The notes under the pieces are model-generated. The model worked only from the letters and a program-made list of their open reading frames with translations. It was not told where the DNA came from and searched no databases. Shown here in pieces: positions 1-11,400 of a stretch of 59,151 bases of DNA (position 1 is its first letter; every line of letters begins with the position of its first letter). The position numbers and the translations under genes are program-made. The stretch is taken from positions 64,001 through 123,151 of the IMG/VR virus record IMGVR_UViG_3300035501_000704; one strand, written 5' to 3'. This stretch comes from a virus (lineage: Duplodnaviria > Heunggongvirae > Uroviricota > Caudoviricetes).

Positions 1-779
1 TCAAATGTTGTAATCAATCCTCTACTCAAATCTCTTAATTGCGAACCAGTAATCAAATTAGTTATTGTATCTGCGTCATTATCAACCATCTCCAACTCAA
101 TGCAAATAGGCTCAAACAATGTGTTTACAAGATAAACATCTTGGCTACTTTTACCTATGAATGGAGCTGAACTTGCCTTAAAACTTAAAGGAAGTGAAGG
201 AGAAACAGTTAAGAATGTATATGAAGCATTATCGTTGAATTGATAAGCATAAGAATTAGAAGATGTTGTTTGTGTTGATACCGTAACTGGCTCGCATCTA
301 TTATTAGATGTAACGATTCTTATATCACTTGAACGTGAACCATCATCATTCTTGTAAATAATTCTATATCCAACCAATCCATTATTAGTTTTACATTGAG
401 TTAATATATCACTATCTACGCTTTTAGTATCAATTACAATTCCTCTTACACTTGGAAAATCCTTTAATGTAGCTACATCAGCAATGGTCACAGCAACTTC
501 TTTCGGCTTTATATAGATTGTATAAAATCCTTTTGAACCAAATACATTTGAAGGCAATTTCAAATTATATAAGCCTTCAACAATTGTATCTGTTGTATCA
601 TCATCTGTCGTAAGAGCAACATTTTTCAAATTCTCAGCATCTAACTTGGTAAAATAAGAGGATTCTACATCACTACTATTTCTCGTTTCAGAATAGTTGT
701 AATATATATCAACATATTTTGTAATATCATTATCATTTATTAGTGCTGGAATATTAGCTCCATATAAACCATTTGCCAT
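1..779 (-). CDS. Partial hypothetical structural protein (3' end runs off the window)
   Basis: Missing from the ORF track. Manual translation from ATG at 779 (MANGLYGANIPALINDNDITKYVDIYYNYSETR...) stays open to base 1. Starts 4 nt after the stop of 784..2748. Confidence 0.85.
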   Translation of the reverse strand, partial: MANGLYGANIPALINDNDITKYVDIYYNYSETRNSSDVESSYFTKLDAENLKNVALTTDDDTTDTIVEGLYNLKLPSNVFGSKGFYTIYIKPKEVAVTIADVATLKDFPSVRGIVIDTKSVDSDILTQCKTNNGLVGYRIIYKNDDGSRSSDIRIVTSNNRCEPVTVSTQTTSSNSYAYQFNDNASYTFLTVSPSLPLSFKASSAPFIGKSSQDVYLVNTLFEPICIELEMVDNDADTITNLITGSQLRDLSRGLITTF

Positions 780-783
780 AATC

Positions 784-2748
784 TTATAAACTACTTTCTG
801 TTTCCTTATTTAACATCGTGAACAAGCCATTTCCATAGCTTTCCAACGTTTCTATTGAAGATATTTCACCAATTCTTATATGTTTATCCAATGCAGTTAA
901 ATACCCTCTATTGATATAAATACCATTTTCAGGTGTTTTTAATATCTCTGGTGATGTAAATCCTAATAGTTCTTCCTTTCTAAATGCAGGAGCAACAACC
1001 TCATCATTTGAATCAAAAGAACTTGGATTCATATACCATGTTGCCAAAGGTATTTCCTTGTTTATTCCAACTGTTTTAAAGTAAAACTCTTCCTTATTTA
1101 CATAATCCAATTCATAATATTTCAACGGATATTTCGAATCATTTGATGTATAATAAGAACAATTCTTCTTTGTTAATGTACAAGTTTCAATGTACTTTAT
1201 TCCTGTATAATAATCAGAATTATCTGCTTTCTTTACATGAACATTTCCACTCGTATCAACCGTAAATAAACATCCTTTATAATACATGAAATCAATATAT
1301 AAATTTCCATCATACATATCAGAATAATCTTCAATATTTTCTTCTATCTCACTATCATGAGATGATACACCATCGTTTTGAAGAATTTCTATGATTGTAT
1401 CTTCAATTGTGTTTCCACTTGTATCTTTCAAATATACATTAGCTTGATATAATACATTTCCCCTATAGATATTATTATCAGAATCATCTAATGTTTCTCT
1501 TACATAATCACCTACTCTATAAGGTAAATCCAATAATGCACCTTCAGGTGGAGAAAATATGCTATCTGATTGATGATATTCGTAATATCCGGGCATTTCA
1601 TTACCCATTAAATCTACAAATGGAACATTTCTCTTAAATTCTTCCAAATATGAACGAGTCGTTCCAGTTAATTTATAATCATTCGAATACTTGTTCTGTT
1701 CACTTGGATTATTATTAAAATAATAGGATGAATACTTCGCCCATTGCTTCAAATCAATAATTATTTCATCAGAATCATCAGATTTTTTATATCCTGATGT
1801 ACTTCCAGTTAATATATACACATTATCATCATAAGTACATACATTTCCCTTCGTATATTCTCTACCAGGAATGAAATCTATAGAAAATATACTATAATCC
1901 CCTAAATCTTCAACTTTTTGCTGTAAATTCGTAATAATTGATAGGTTTGGAATTAAATTTTCCCATTCTGATTTTACATAACTATTGATAGTATCAATCT
2001 TTGATGATATTTTATCAATCCATTGCTTTAATATCAAATACAAATCATATCCTCCTATTGATTTATAATATTCAAAGTCACAACAATCTTCTTGATTAGT
2101 GATTTCTGTGTTATTTCCAAATCTTTTATATAACAAATATACTTTTGCATATAATGCAATTGCATCAGGATAATAATACTTATTACAATCCAATTTATCA
2201 ATACATTCAATCCATTCATTGATAGTTCTACTTATGTGAAATGGTGAATTCGTATAGAAAGTTATCGCCTCATTATATTCATGTCTTAAATCAAGCAACC
2301 CAAAATAACAATCATTTAACCACTTATAGAATAAGCTACCACCATGCTCATTAAACGTAGCATCTAATGTTTCATACTCATTCTTATCTTCAAATGAATT
2401 GCTTAATAAATCATCATAATATTCAATAGCATTGGCATATACCTTTTTACATACATTTGAATACAATAAATCATAGTATGAATTAAATTCATCATACCAT
2501 TCTTTCAATGTATTATATGATAATGTTTTTTCACTATAAACATTAGCCATTGATTCAGTAAATGATGAATATCCGCCACAAATAGCTTCATTTACCAATA
2601 AAGGAATTAAGCCATAATTTGCATTTTTATTCTCCGATATTGAAGATTTATCTATATAGTTAATCTTTCCATCCTTAATAGAAGGATAGATTAAAGGAAC
2701 CTTTGCCTTATATGTATCTAAAGATATTGTCTTTTGAATCTTATGCAT
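784..2748 (-). CDS. Hypothetical virion structural protein (654 aa)
   Basis: Long ORF tightly coupled in the run downstream of the baseplate wedge genes; D/N/Y-rich; no recognisable catalytic motif. Confidence 0.6.
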   Translation of the reverse strand: MHKIQKTISLDTYKAKVPLIYPSIKDGKINYIDKSSISENKNANYGLIPLLVNEAICGGYSSFTESMANVYSEKTLSYNTLKEWYDEFNSYYDLLYSNVCKKVYANAIEYYDDLLSNSFEDKNEYETLDATFNEHGGSLFYKWLNDCYFGLLDLRHEYNEAITFYTNSPFHISRTINEWIECIDKLDCNKYYYPDAIALYAKVYLLYKRFGNNTEITNQEDCCDFEYYKSIGGYDLYLILKQWIDKISSKIDTINSYVKSEWENLIPNLSIITNLQQKVEDLGDYSIFSIDFIPGREYTKGNVCTYDDNVYILTGSTSGYKKSDDSDEIIIDLKQWAKYSSYYFNNNPSEQNKYSNDYKLTGTTRSYLEEFKRNVPFVDLMGNEMPGYYEYHQSDSIFSPPEGALLDLPYRVGDYVRETLDDSDNNIYRGNVLYQANVYLKDTSGNTIEDTIIEILQNDGVSSHDSEIEENIEDYSDMYDGNLYIDFMYYKGCLFTVDTSGNVHVKKADNSDYYTGIKYIETCTLTKKNCSYYTSNDSKYPLKYYELDYVNKEEFYFKTVGINKEIPLATWYMNPSSFDSNDEVVAPAFRKEELLGFTSPEILKTPENGIYINRGYLTALDKHIRIGEISSIETLESYGNGLFTMLNKETESSL

Positions 2749-2755
2749 GGCTTAT

Positions 2756-5713
2756 CTAAGATGTATAACTTGTTTTAGTTTTCAATTCAAAAAGATTGAA
2801 TACCAATTTATCTCCATTGACAATCGCTTTAGCATAATTATTATCATCAGAAATATTATATACAAATCTTCTTAAATCATTATTATATGATATTTCAATT
2901 GGAACATATAATCTACGATAAATATCATTTAAAGCATATCCTTCTTTAAATTTATCCAAATTTGATTGAGTCCAATTTGATATTGCTTTATTATTTTCAT
3001 CTGTTGGAATAATAAACGGTAATCTGCTTCCTTTTCCAGCATGGAAAAATTCAAACATTAGATAGATTGTCTGTTTCTTTTCCTTATTTGCAAAATATTT
3101 TAATATATAAGCATTAAAACTTTCATTAGAACCTGAATTTACAATATAAGGATTATTTGCCACTAATTTGCTATCCAATCTATCTCCCGTATAATCATAA
3201 TCAAAGTAAACATTATTCCCCAAGAATGAGCTTGATATTGTATCTACATCAAATATTCCTGTGTACCTTTCACTCAAAACTGTTGCTCCGTAATCATAAT
3301 TTACAATCCAATCAGAATCTTCATTATCATATTGAGATACATCTTCAAAGAAACAATATGATGGTTTATTCCCATAAATTACATTATAATATTTCTCAGT
3401 ATCAAAGAATATAGTTGATGTTCCTAACATATTTTGTGTATTAGGATTCTTTGAATCATAATAAGTCAATCTCAAAAATGAATTGGTTAATTTCTTTTGC
3501 TGATACTTAACATCATCTGTTGTAAAATATAAGAAGCCTAATAAATCAGATAGTTTCACTAATTTATTAAATTCAAATATATCCTTTTTTCTATTATATG
3601 AATAATAATCAGTAATAAACCAATTAGACATTTTATGATTGATAGAACTATTCACACCACTATCATTAGTTTCACCATCTTGATAGATTTGCCAATTATT
3701 ATCTAAATCTCTTGTTCTAAAATGTAAATTAAATTCAATTGAATTTATCATCTTAGGACTATTATTAGAATCCATAATAACAGGCATATACATATCTTTC
3801 TCCATATCAACTAACTCATTGATATATTCATCCTCTTTTTCATTATAATGATACAGAGTTACTAAATCATCCTGATTATGCGAATAGTCATTGTTATTTG
3901 ATAATGTGATAGGAAAAGTTAAATATACCCCAGTTTTTAATATTTGTATGTTATTTTGTATATCACTTAATTCATAGGTAGAGCTATATCCTGATGCATT
4001 TATTGCGTTAACACACCATGAAATTGGTTCTAAATCAGTTGTGCCAAAAGCATTTTCCTTCTTCGTTAAAATACAATCATTTGTTGATAATAATGTAATT
4101 GCTTCATCAATCAAATTTCTATATTCTGTTTTTTCATATATATTAGGATTTATTTCAACATTACATAATATCTTATTATTGCCAACCGTATCAATTACAT
4201 TTAACTTATACTTATAGCTTTGAACCAATAATACATACTCATAAGATAATACCTCTTCTTCTGTATTATTTTCACTATCAACTAATTTATTGGTATAAAC
4301 CTGATTTATCTTACATTTTCTATTATTGATGATAAATCCACTGTAATTTGTTACCTTATATTCAGGAGCAATATCATATACAAGTGTTGAATCTTCATAT
4401 TTAACTGTATATGAATCACTAAACTTACCGTCATTATAATCAACCTTCTTTACACTTGTTGCATGATAATTATCATCTACATTGGTTACTTTAAAATACA
4501 TAACACTATCATCATCCAATGTACAAGTAGCAATCATGCCTACATATGGATATTCACTATCTCCACTATATGAAATTTGATATTCATTATCATTGATTAT
4601 GACAGTATCTAATAAGTTGTCAATCTCTTTATATCTAACTCCATTAAATACGACATATCTTTCATCACCATCTGTTTTTACAATCAATTTTTGATTTGCG
4701 TTGTTGCAATCAGCAATAATGGTATCACCAATCAATATAGGTAAATTCTCTTGCTTTGATTCAATGCAAATAATCTTACCATTATTTACCTTCATTGGTT
4801 CAAATGATATGATATGCTCTGCTCCATTTATTTCCATTGTAGCATAACCATTATCATTTTTCATGTAAGCATTTTTATCATAGATATTGTTCAAATATCC
4901 ATTTGTATCATCATCATAAGATTCTGTTTCTTCAATGCAATTGCAAAAATAATTTGTTCCACCAGCCACTACACCAATTCCTTCAAATTCACCATTTGAA
5001 TCTATCAATGGTTTCAATGGCTTTCTATATCCCTTATAACTAATATATGGTTTATATCCATATCTTGTTAATGATGTATAATCAATGATTAAATCATTAT
5101 TGTTACCAATAGCAATCTTCTTTACAAATTCAAATTGATAGGAAACATGAGATATATCCCATGAATCTAATTTCTTAAATGAATAACCAGCACTATCAAT
5201 GAAAAGAACATTATTATTGTTTTTATCCAAAATAACATCATATTCAATATCATCAATAGTTACCTTATTATTTTCAATATACGCTTTTTCAATAATTGAA
5301 AGCTTTAATGCATCATTTTGTTCTTGATATACAACACCATCAATATAGAAAGAAAGTAATAATTTATTTGATGTATCTTGATAATATACGTTACCATTAT
5401 ATTCAACATATTTTACCACATAATCTTTTATTTCTTCCCAGCTTTTATCCTTATAATACAGAGTATATATGTCTAATTCTTTCTTTACTCCAATATACCC
5501 ATTTCTCTTCACTGATTCAATATAAGTAACAGGAAGTGTAATTAACTTTGGAAAATATGCTGATGAAATTGATACTTTATCTCCTTTAGATATGGCATAC
5601 TTGTCATTGGTTGTACCACTTATATACGATAAGTCAGAAGAGATATAAAAATCATCTAACTTAATCTCTTCTGAACTATCATCAACTCTTAATCTATATT
5701 TATATTTTAACAT
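2756..5713 (-). CDS. Hypothetical structural protein, baseplate/tail-fibre region (985 aa)
   Basis: Long ORF overlapping its upstream neighbour by 7 nt; beta-rich composition. Only gene here ending in TAG. Confidence 0.6.
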   Translation of the reverse strand: MLKYKYRLRVDDSSEEIKLDDFYISSDLSYISGTTNDKYAISKGDKVSISSAYFPKLITLPVTYIESVKRNGYIGVKKELDIYTLYYKDKSWEEIKDYVVKYVEYNGNVYYQDTSNKLLLSFYIDGVVYQEQNDALKLSIIEKAYIENNKVTIDDIEYDVILDKNNNNVLFIDSAGYSFKKLDSWDISHVSYQFEFVKKIAIGNNNDLIIDYTSLTRYGYKPYISYKGYRKPLKPLIDSNGEFEGIGVVAGGTNYFCNCIEETESYDDDTNGYLNNIYDKNAYMKNDNGYATMEINGAEHIISFEPMKVNNGKIICIESKQENLPILIGDTIIADCNNANQKLIVKTDGDERYVVFNGVRYKEIDNLLDTVIINDNEYQISYSGDSEYPYVGMIATCTLDDDSVMYFKVTNVDDNYHATSVKKVDYNDGKFSDSYTVKYEDSTLVYDIAPEYKVTNYSGFIINNRKCKINQVYTNKLVDSENNTEEEVLSYEYVLLVQSYKYKLNVIDTVGNNKILCNVEINPNIYEKTEYRNLIDEAITLLSTNDCILTKKENAFGTTDLEPISWCVNAINASGYSSTYELSDIQNNIQILKTGVYLTFPITLSNNNDYSHNQDDLVTLYHYNEKEDEYINELVDMEKDMYMPVIMDSNNSPKMINSIEFNLHFRTRDLDNNWQIYQDGETNDSGVNSSINHKMSNWFITDYYSYNRKKDIFEFNKLVKLSDLLGFLYFTTDDVKYQQKKLTNSFLRLTYYDSKNPNTQNMLGTSTIFFDTEKYYNVIYGNKPSYCFFEDVSQYDNEDSDWIVNYDYGATVLSERYTGIFDVDTISSSFLGNNVYFDYDYTGDRLDSKLVANNPYIVNSGSNESFNAYILKYFANKEKKQTIYLMFEFFHAGKGSRLPFIIPTDENNKAISNWTQSNLDKFKEGYALNDIYRRLYVPIEISYNNDLRRFVYNISDDNNYAKAIVNGDKLVFNLFELKTKTSYTS

Positions 5714-8484
5714 GATGCTTCACTCTCACTTATTGAATAATCTGCACTTGTTGATGTACCATTTTCAATAGGATTGATTGTGCCAAGTAAAATAGATGTA
5801 TTTAAGTTTGGCTGAACAAATAATCCTCTTGTTCCATCAGGGTCTTGCCTTCTTAAAAATATATTGATTTGTGAGTTAACATACAAACAACCATTCGTAA
5901 ATGGATATTCTTCTACCAAATCAGATATATCTTCAAATCCGTTCTGAATTACATCTCTCCATCTATATATACCGCCACTATTTCCTAAATAAGTAGCGTA
6001 ATATGGAATATTATCATAACGAATATATAATTTATAATTGTTTTTTAATATACCATTCTTATTCTTTGTTAATCCAACACAATTCTCATTATCATCATCA
6101 CTATATACTTTCAACTTAATCTTTGTTGTTGATAATACATTTACAACTTCGCACTTATATAATTCATCCTTATCTGAATCATATAAATAAACATTATCAT
6201 CCTTGTTTATATGGTTTTCTTCTCCTGTTGTAAATACATATTCCCTTGTATTATCTTCAATAATAGATAATATGGATAAATATGTGGGAATAGACTCTTT
6301 TACAAACCTTGAAAATGTTCTTATGGGTATTTCATAATTGGATTCATAATAATATCCTTCAGGATGATTTGTAGGATATTTATCATATTCAAATGTCTGA
6401 ATCATAAACCCATCTTTATCATTATCATCTCTAACTATTTCATCATAATTTACTGATGATGTATTAAATTGATTTCGTTTAGATAATTCTGAATTATTTC
6501 TTAATTCTCTCTGTACTGTATTAAATCTATGACAAATCTTCTGCAATACAGTTTCCTTACAGTTGTAATCAGAGTATTCAACTAAATCCCCATAAAAATA
6601 AGTCTGAGCACTATAAACTATCTCATCGTCATCATTTCCTGTTAATGGTTTCAATGAAAAGCCTTGTTTTCCACCAACGCAGTTGTGCATATAACTTATA
6701 TTGCCATCTTCGAATTTAGTATCATCAATATAATCTGAATATTTTAATCCACAATTTAATTTACCAAAACAATGGGAATGTTCTACGTTCTTATCTTTGA
6801 CATTACCATTGTACCATTCTCTATACCCATAATTGGTTTTAAAGAACATTAAATATAATGATGTTAACGGTCTACCTAAATTATCCTTGATATTATCTAT
6901 ATCAATATCATCAAGATAGACAATTTGAGATAAATCATCACCATATATATTCTTTGAAAAACCTAATTTAATTTGATTGCTTTGTTTTTCATATTTTATC
7001 TTTGAGTATTCTTCAATGTTCTTTGTATCGCTATCATATTGACCGTAGATTGTATCTTCATTAACTTCTCCAGTCATACTTTCAAAGTTAGGAAATCTTG
7101 AAAATATTCTTACATAATACTTGCATTGAATATCATTTACAACCTTTGCAAATGATAAGTTTTGAGAACCTAAATTATCCTCATCTTCAAAGAAATCAAC
7201 ATTCAAATAATCGTTTATAGGAGTTACAACCACACTTCTATATTTATATTCACCTGTATTACTAATTGATATTCCTTTTGATTCTAATAATTCGGTATCA
7301 TATATTTTTACCCAATCATCACAAATAAATGATTCAAGTTTTACGTAAAAACAGTAATCATCTACAACTCCGTTCACTTCAACATTTTCATAAGCTAATT
7401 CATTAACAGAATCATTATCTGATGACCTATATATATTCACTAAGTCACCAACTTGTAGCCCATGCTTTGAAACACTATAAATACAAGTCTTCTCTTTGCC
7501 ATCTGAATCAGCGAAATTTTCATCAATATAAGCAATCTTTAATGTATCTATTTTTTCATTGATACATGATATACCTTCTGTTGTTGAAGAATAAGGGTAA
7601 CATAAACAATATTCCCAATTCTTCTCTTTTCTATATCGTGATTTGTTATAATAAGGTATTAAGCTATAACAAGAACTATCCGGGTAAAACTCAATGAATG
7701 AATGATTAGGCTTATTATTGATTACTCTTGATACACCTAAATCTTTATTCATAGATGTAAGAGTCATCATCTTATTTTCATTTACAAACCCAAGCCAACC
7801 ATTTCTATCTTCAATCTTTTTCGATAAAGTTTCTTGAAATGATAATATGTTATTTTTATTATAGATATGTGATGCTTTTGGCTTTTCTCTTTCGTCGCTT
7901 TTCGTTATATTGTTTTGAATTACACTATCTATATAGCTCTTTTGCTCAACAGAATCTCTCAAATAATCTTGAATAGTATTAAATTCCGATGGAAGATTTG
8001 TTGCACCATTCAATTTATATATAGGGTATGGTAACTTTGACCTTAATATATGATTGTTTAATATATCAATCCCACAATGATATGTATAATTCTTGCTATC
8101 ATCACCATCATAAGTAATTTGTGTGTCTCTAACACAATCTATAATATTAGTGCCTCCCCATTCATAAGAATACTTATCTTTGCCTATTGTTCCTGATATA
8201 GTTGTTGGATAAAAATTCAAACAAGAACAATCATTTGAATCTTCATCCTTTGTAATTTCTGTAATTGAATTAAATAATATATTGGAAGCAATAAGATTTA
8301 CCTGAGCAGTAAGTCTTATCTTATGGCAAGCATATCTTTCATTCAAATAAACACCATATTTATCAATTGATAAATTATAACTATCATTTAAGATATTATG
8401 CTTATCGTTGCTTAAATCAACTTTTATTGTTTGATTTTTCTTTTCTGAACCAATATATTTTGATTGATTTAACTTAACTTCCAT
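5707..8484 (-). CDS. Hypothetical structural protein, baseplate region (925 aa)
   Basis: Long coupled ORF in the baseplate operon; function inferred from context only. Confidence 0.6.
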   Translation of the reverse strand: MEVKLNQSKYIGSEKKNQTIKVDLSNDKHNILNDSYNLSIDKYGVYLNERYACHKIRLTAQVNLIASNILFNSITEITKDEDSNDCSCLNFYPTTISGTIGKDKYSYEWGGTNIIDCVRDTQITYDGDDSKNYTYHCGIDILNNHILRSKLPYPIYKLNGATNLPSEFNTIQDYLRDSVEQKSYIDSVIQNNITKSDEREKPKASHIYNKNNILSFQETLSKKIEDRNGWLGFVNENKMMTLTSMNKDLGVSRVINNKPNHSFIEFYPDSSCYSLIPYYNKSRYRKEKNWEYCLCYPYSSTTEGISCINEKIDTLKIAYIDENFADSDGKEKTCIYSVSKHGLQVGDLVNIYRSSDNDSVNELAYENVEVNGVVDDYCFYVKLESFICDDWVKIYDTELLESKGISISNTGEYKYRSVVVTPINDYLNVDFFEDEDNLGSQNLSFAKVVNDIQCKYYVRIFSRFPNFESMTGEVNEDTIYGQYDSDTKNIEEYSKIKYEKQSNQIKLGFSKNIYGDDLSQIVYLDDIDIDNIKDNLGRPLTSLYLMFFKTNYGYREWYNGNVKDKNVEHSHCFGKLNCGLKYSDYIDDTKFEDGNISYMHNCVGGKQGFSLKPLTGNDDDEIVYSAQTYFYGDLVEYSDYNCKETVLQKICHRFNTVQRELRNNSELSKRNQFNTSSVNYDEIVRDDNDKDGFMIQTFEYDKYPTNHPEGYYYESNYEIPIRTFSRFVKESIPTYLSILSIIEDNTREYVFTTGEENHINKDDNVYLYDSDKDELYKCEVVNVLSTTKIKLKVYSDDDNENCVGLTKNKNGILKNNYKLYIRYDNIPYYATYLGNSGGIYRWRDVIQNGFEDISDLVEEYPFTNGCLYVNSQINIFLRRQDPDGTRGLFVQPNLNTSILLGTINPIENGTSTSADYSISESEASC

Positions 8485-8485
8485 A

Positions 8486-11400
8486 TTATGCCTTTAATCT
8501 ATTAAGCTCAATATTTACTTTATATTGCATACCATTCTTAATCTTAAAATAGAACGGAAATTCATTTTCGCCATACTCATCTAATAAATCTTGAATTGAT
8601 TTTTCATCAGATACTGGAGAAATAACAAACCTACAATTACTATATCTAAATATTATCATGTAATCACCTCTCGAATCATTTGGTAGCCAACATTTTTCAA
8701 TTTCACCAATTTGGTGAATTTGGTAGGCATCTTTTGTAAGACTGCTTATTGTAACAGTTCCATCTGTATTATATTTACTATTATCAACAATTGGAGACGT
8801 CAATTGAACATATAAACAATTATGGCTTAGAGTTGTAGTTATTTTAGATGCGTAATATATATACCCACTATTAAATACCATTCCTTGTTTTAATTGATTA
8901 TATGTTTCCTCTTGATATAACTTTCTTGTTGGGATTGTTATATAATCATATGCACCAAATTTATTAGAATTAGAATTCAAAGCGAAACCAATACCTGATA
9001 TAGGAGAATCAGGTACGAAATCACCATTATTATTATATACATAATATTTTGAATCCTCATTAGCATCAATGTTTACATTACTATTAGTTATACGTGGATA
9101 AACAGAATATTCTTGATAAATACCAACCGTTTTACCACTAGCGCCATATCTTAAAATAGATATTTCATTTTTCCTTTCTCTATTCGCAAATATATTAAAC
9201 ATATACGGATACTCAGTATCACTTTCATTAGATGAATAATGGCTACCTTTATAATATACATCTGTATAAGTTTTACCACTATACAATTCATCGTTTGCAA
9301 TATTAAATTCTAATGATGAGCCTTCAAATGACCCATAATAAGAATTATCTGATTCATTATATGTATATAAAATATCATAAGAAATTGTATCTGATTTATC
9401 TTTTATTTTAATACCAGATTTATAGCTTATATTAAAATTCAAACTATTTCCAGGTGTAACAACATCATTAAATGACATAAGAACTGGAGAACAATCTGTT
9501 AAACTAACATGAAATGCGTCATTCCCACTCAAAGCATTTGAAATATTATAAGAAACTACATCAATTCCTTCTCCATTAACATTTGGGTTTCTATTGATAC
9601 TTCCTACACTTAAAGTTTCTTCATTAACACCACCATATTCAAGAATATTTTTTCCAGAAACAGATATCTTATTATAACTTTCATTTATATCCCAATTATA
9701 TAATACTGCAAGGTGTGTTGGACTATTATATATTTTTCCAGTATTTTCATCATAAGCATATGAAGTTTGTTTTCCATTACTATCATAATCGAATCGAATA
9801 CCGCCATATATTGCTATAGAATAAGAGCCTTTATTGATTGCTAAATTACCATCCGTAATATTATACTTATCATATCCACTTGGAAGTAATAATGGCGTTA
9901 ATAAACAAAATTCATAATCCATTCGTTTATCAACCGTTTTAATTTTATAATAATTAACAACATCATTAGGTTGGAAACTCATACCTGTCTTTCTTGGAGA
10001 AACACCATCAACAGGGGAATCTTCACCACTTTCACTTTTTTTAATAAATGCAACCGCATTATAAGCAGCGCTCTGACCATTTACATTTTTCAATGATTCA
10101 TTTTCAATATAACCACTTTCATTATCACCCCTTTTATGTGTTTTTACGTTTGAATTCTTATTATATCCAGTAGGATAATTAGAGCCAACTAAATGAGGTA
10201 AATAAATTTCATTTTCAGCATCAACACTTGTTTTATCTGAACTAAGTTTTAATACTTGAACATTTTCTGCCTTAGCTTGAAAATTCCACGCTTCATCAGC
10301 TGTCATTTGTGTAGTTCCACTAAATGACAAAGTTGAAGGAAATATAATAACAGGTTCACAATCATCACTATTTGAAAATGTAGAAACATTCATATCGCTA
10401 TATCCGAACAAAGCTTGCATCATATATGACATATACTGAATACCTTGGTCTTTATTAACACTTGAAAAATTATACACATCAACAGTAATGTTATCACCAC
10501 TATATGTTATAAATTGCCCATATTCTGATGGGAAAACCAAGCTATTAGCATTTATATCTTCCGTATTTGCACTTGAATTTGGATAATTAGCAATATACTT
10601 TAATGGCATTTTATTGATTGCTCGTATTTCATCAAGTGAGCCACTACTTTCACTACTTACAATCAAATATATTGTTTTATAATACTTAATACAATTACCT
10701 AATAATATTTTTACATCAACTCTATCAACAAAAGATTGAAAATAAAACGTTCTTTCATCATTACTTGCTTGCTCAGCACGAGCATTTTCAAATATAATCG
10801 TGTAAGTATCATTCTCAACACTTGCAGAAAAATTCTGACCAACACTATCTATTCTCTCACACTTCTTTATTGAATATCCGTTTATTTTATTAATTGTAAA
10901 TCCATTATACTGGCCACTAACAAGGCTATAATCAATTGATAAAATATCAGATGAAATATAAAATGAACGAGATGCAGTATAATTATTAGCACCACTAACA
11001 GAAATAGTTATTTGCCCACTTGGAACATTATCAACAGTAAAATCATAAGAATCATTATCAGTCTTTCCTGTTGCAACCACCTTACCAGAATAATCACTTA
11101 ATGAATATGTAATAGGTGTTGTTAATATAGAAGAAATATTGAATGAACATATAGAATATAATACACCATCTTTTTCAGAATAACAACTATCAGAATTCAA
11201 TATTTCATAACTAATAATATTAGCACCTTCATCTGATTCTGTTGATGATTCTCCATTTTCATCATTGCTTGAATAATATTTCGTTCTATACACATCAATA
11301 GCTGACATACCAGCCCTCAAACCAAAATAAAAATACAATGAATTTTCAGTGAGAAACAGTTTCCCACCGTACTTACTGAAATTACAACCTTCTATATTTG

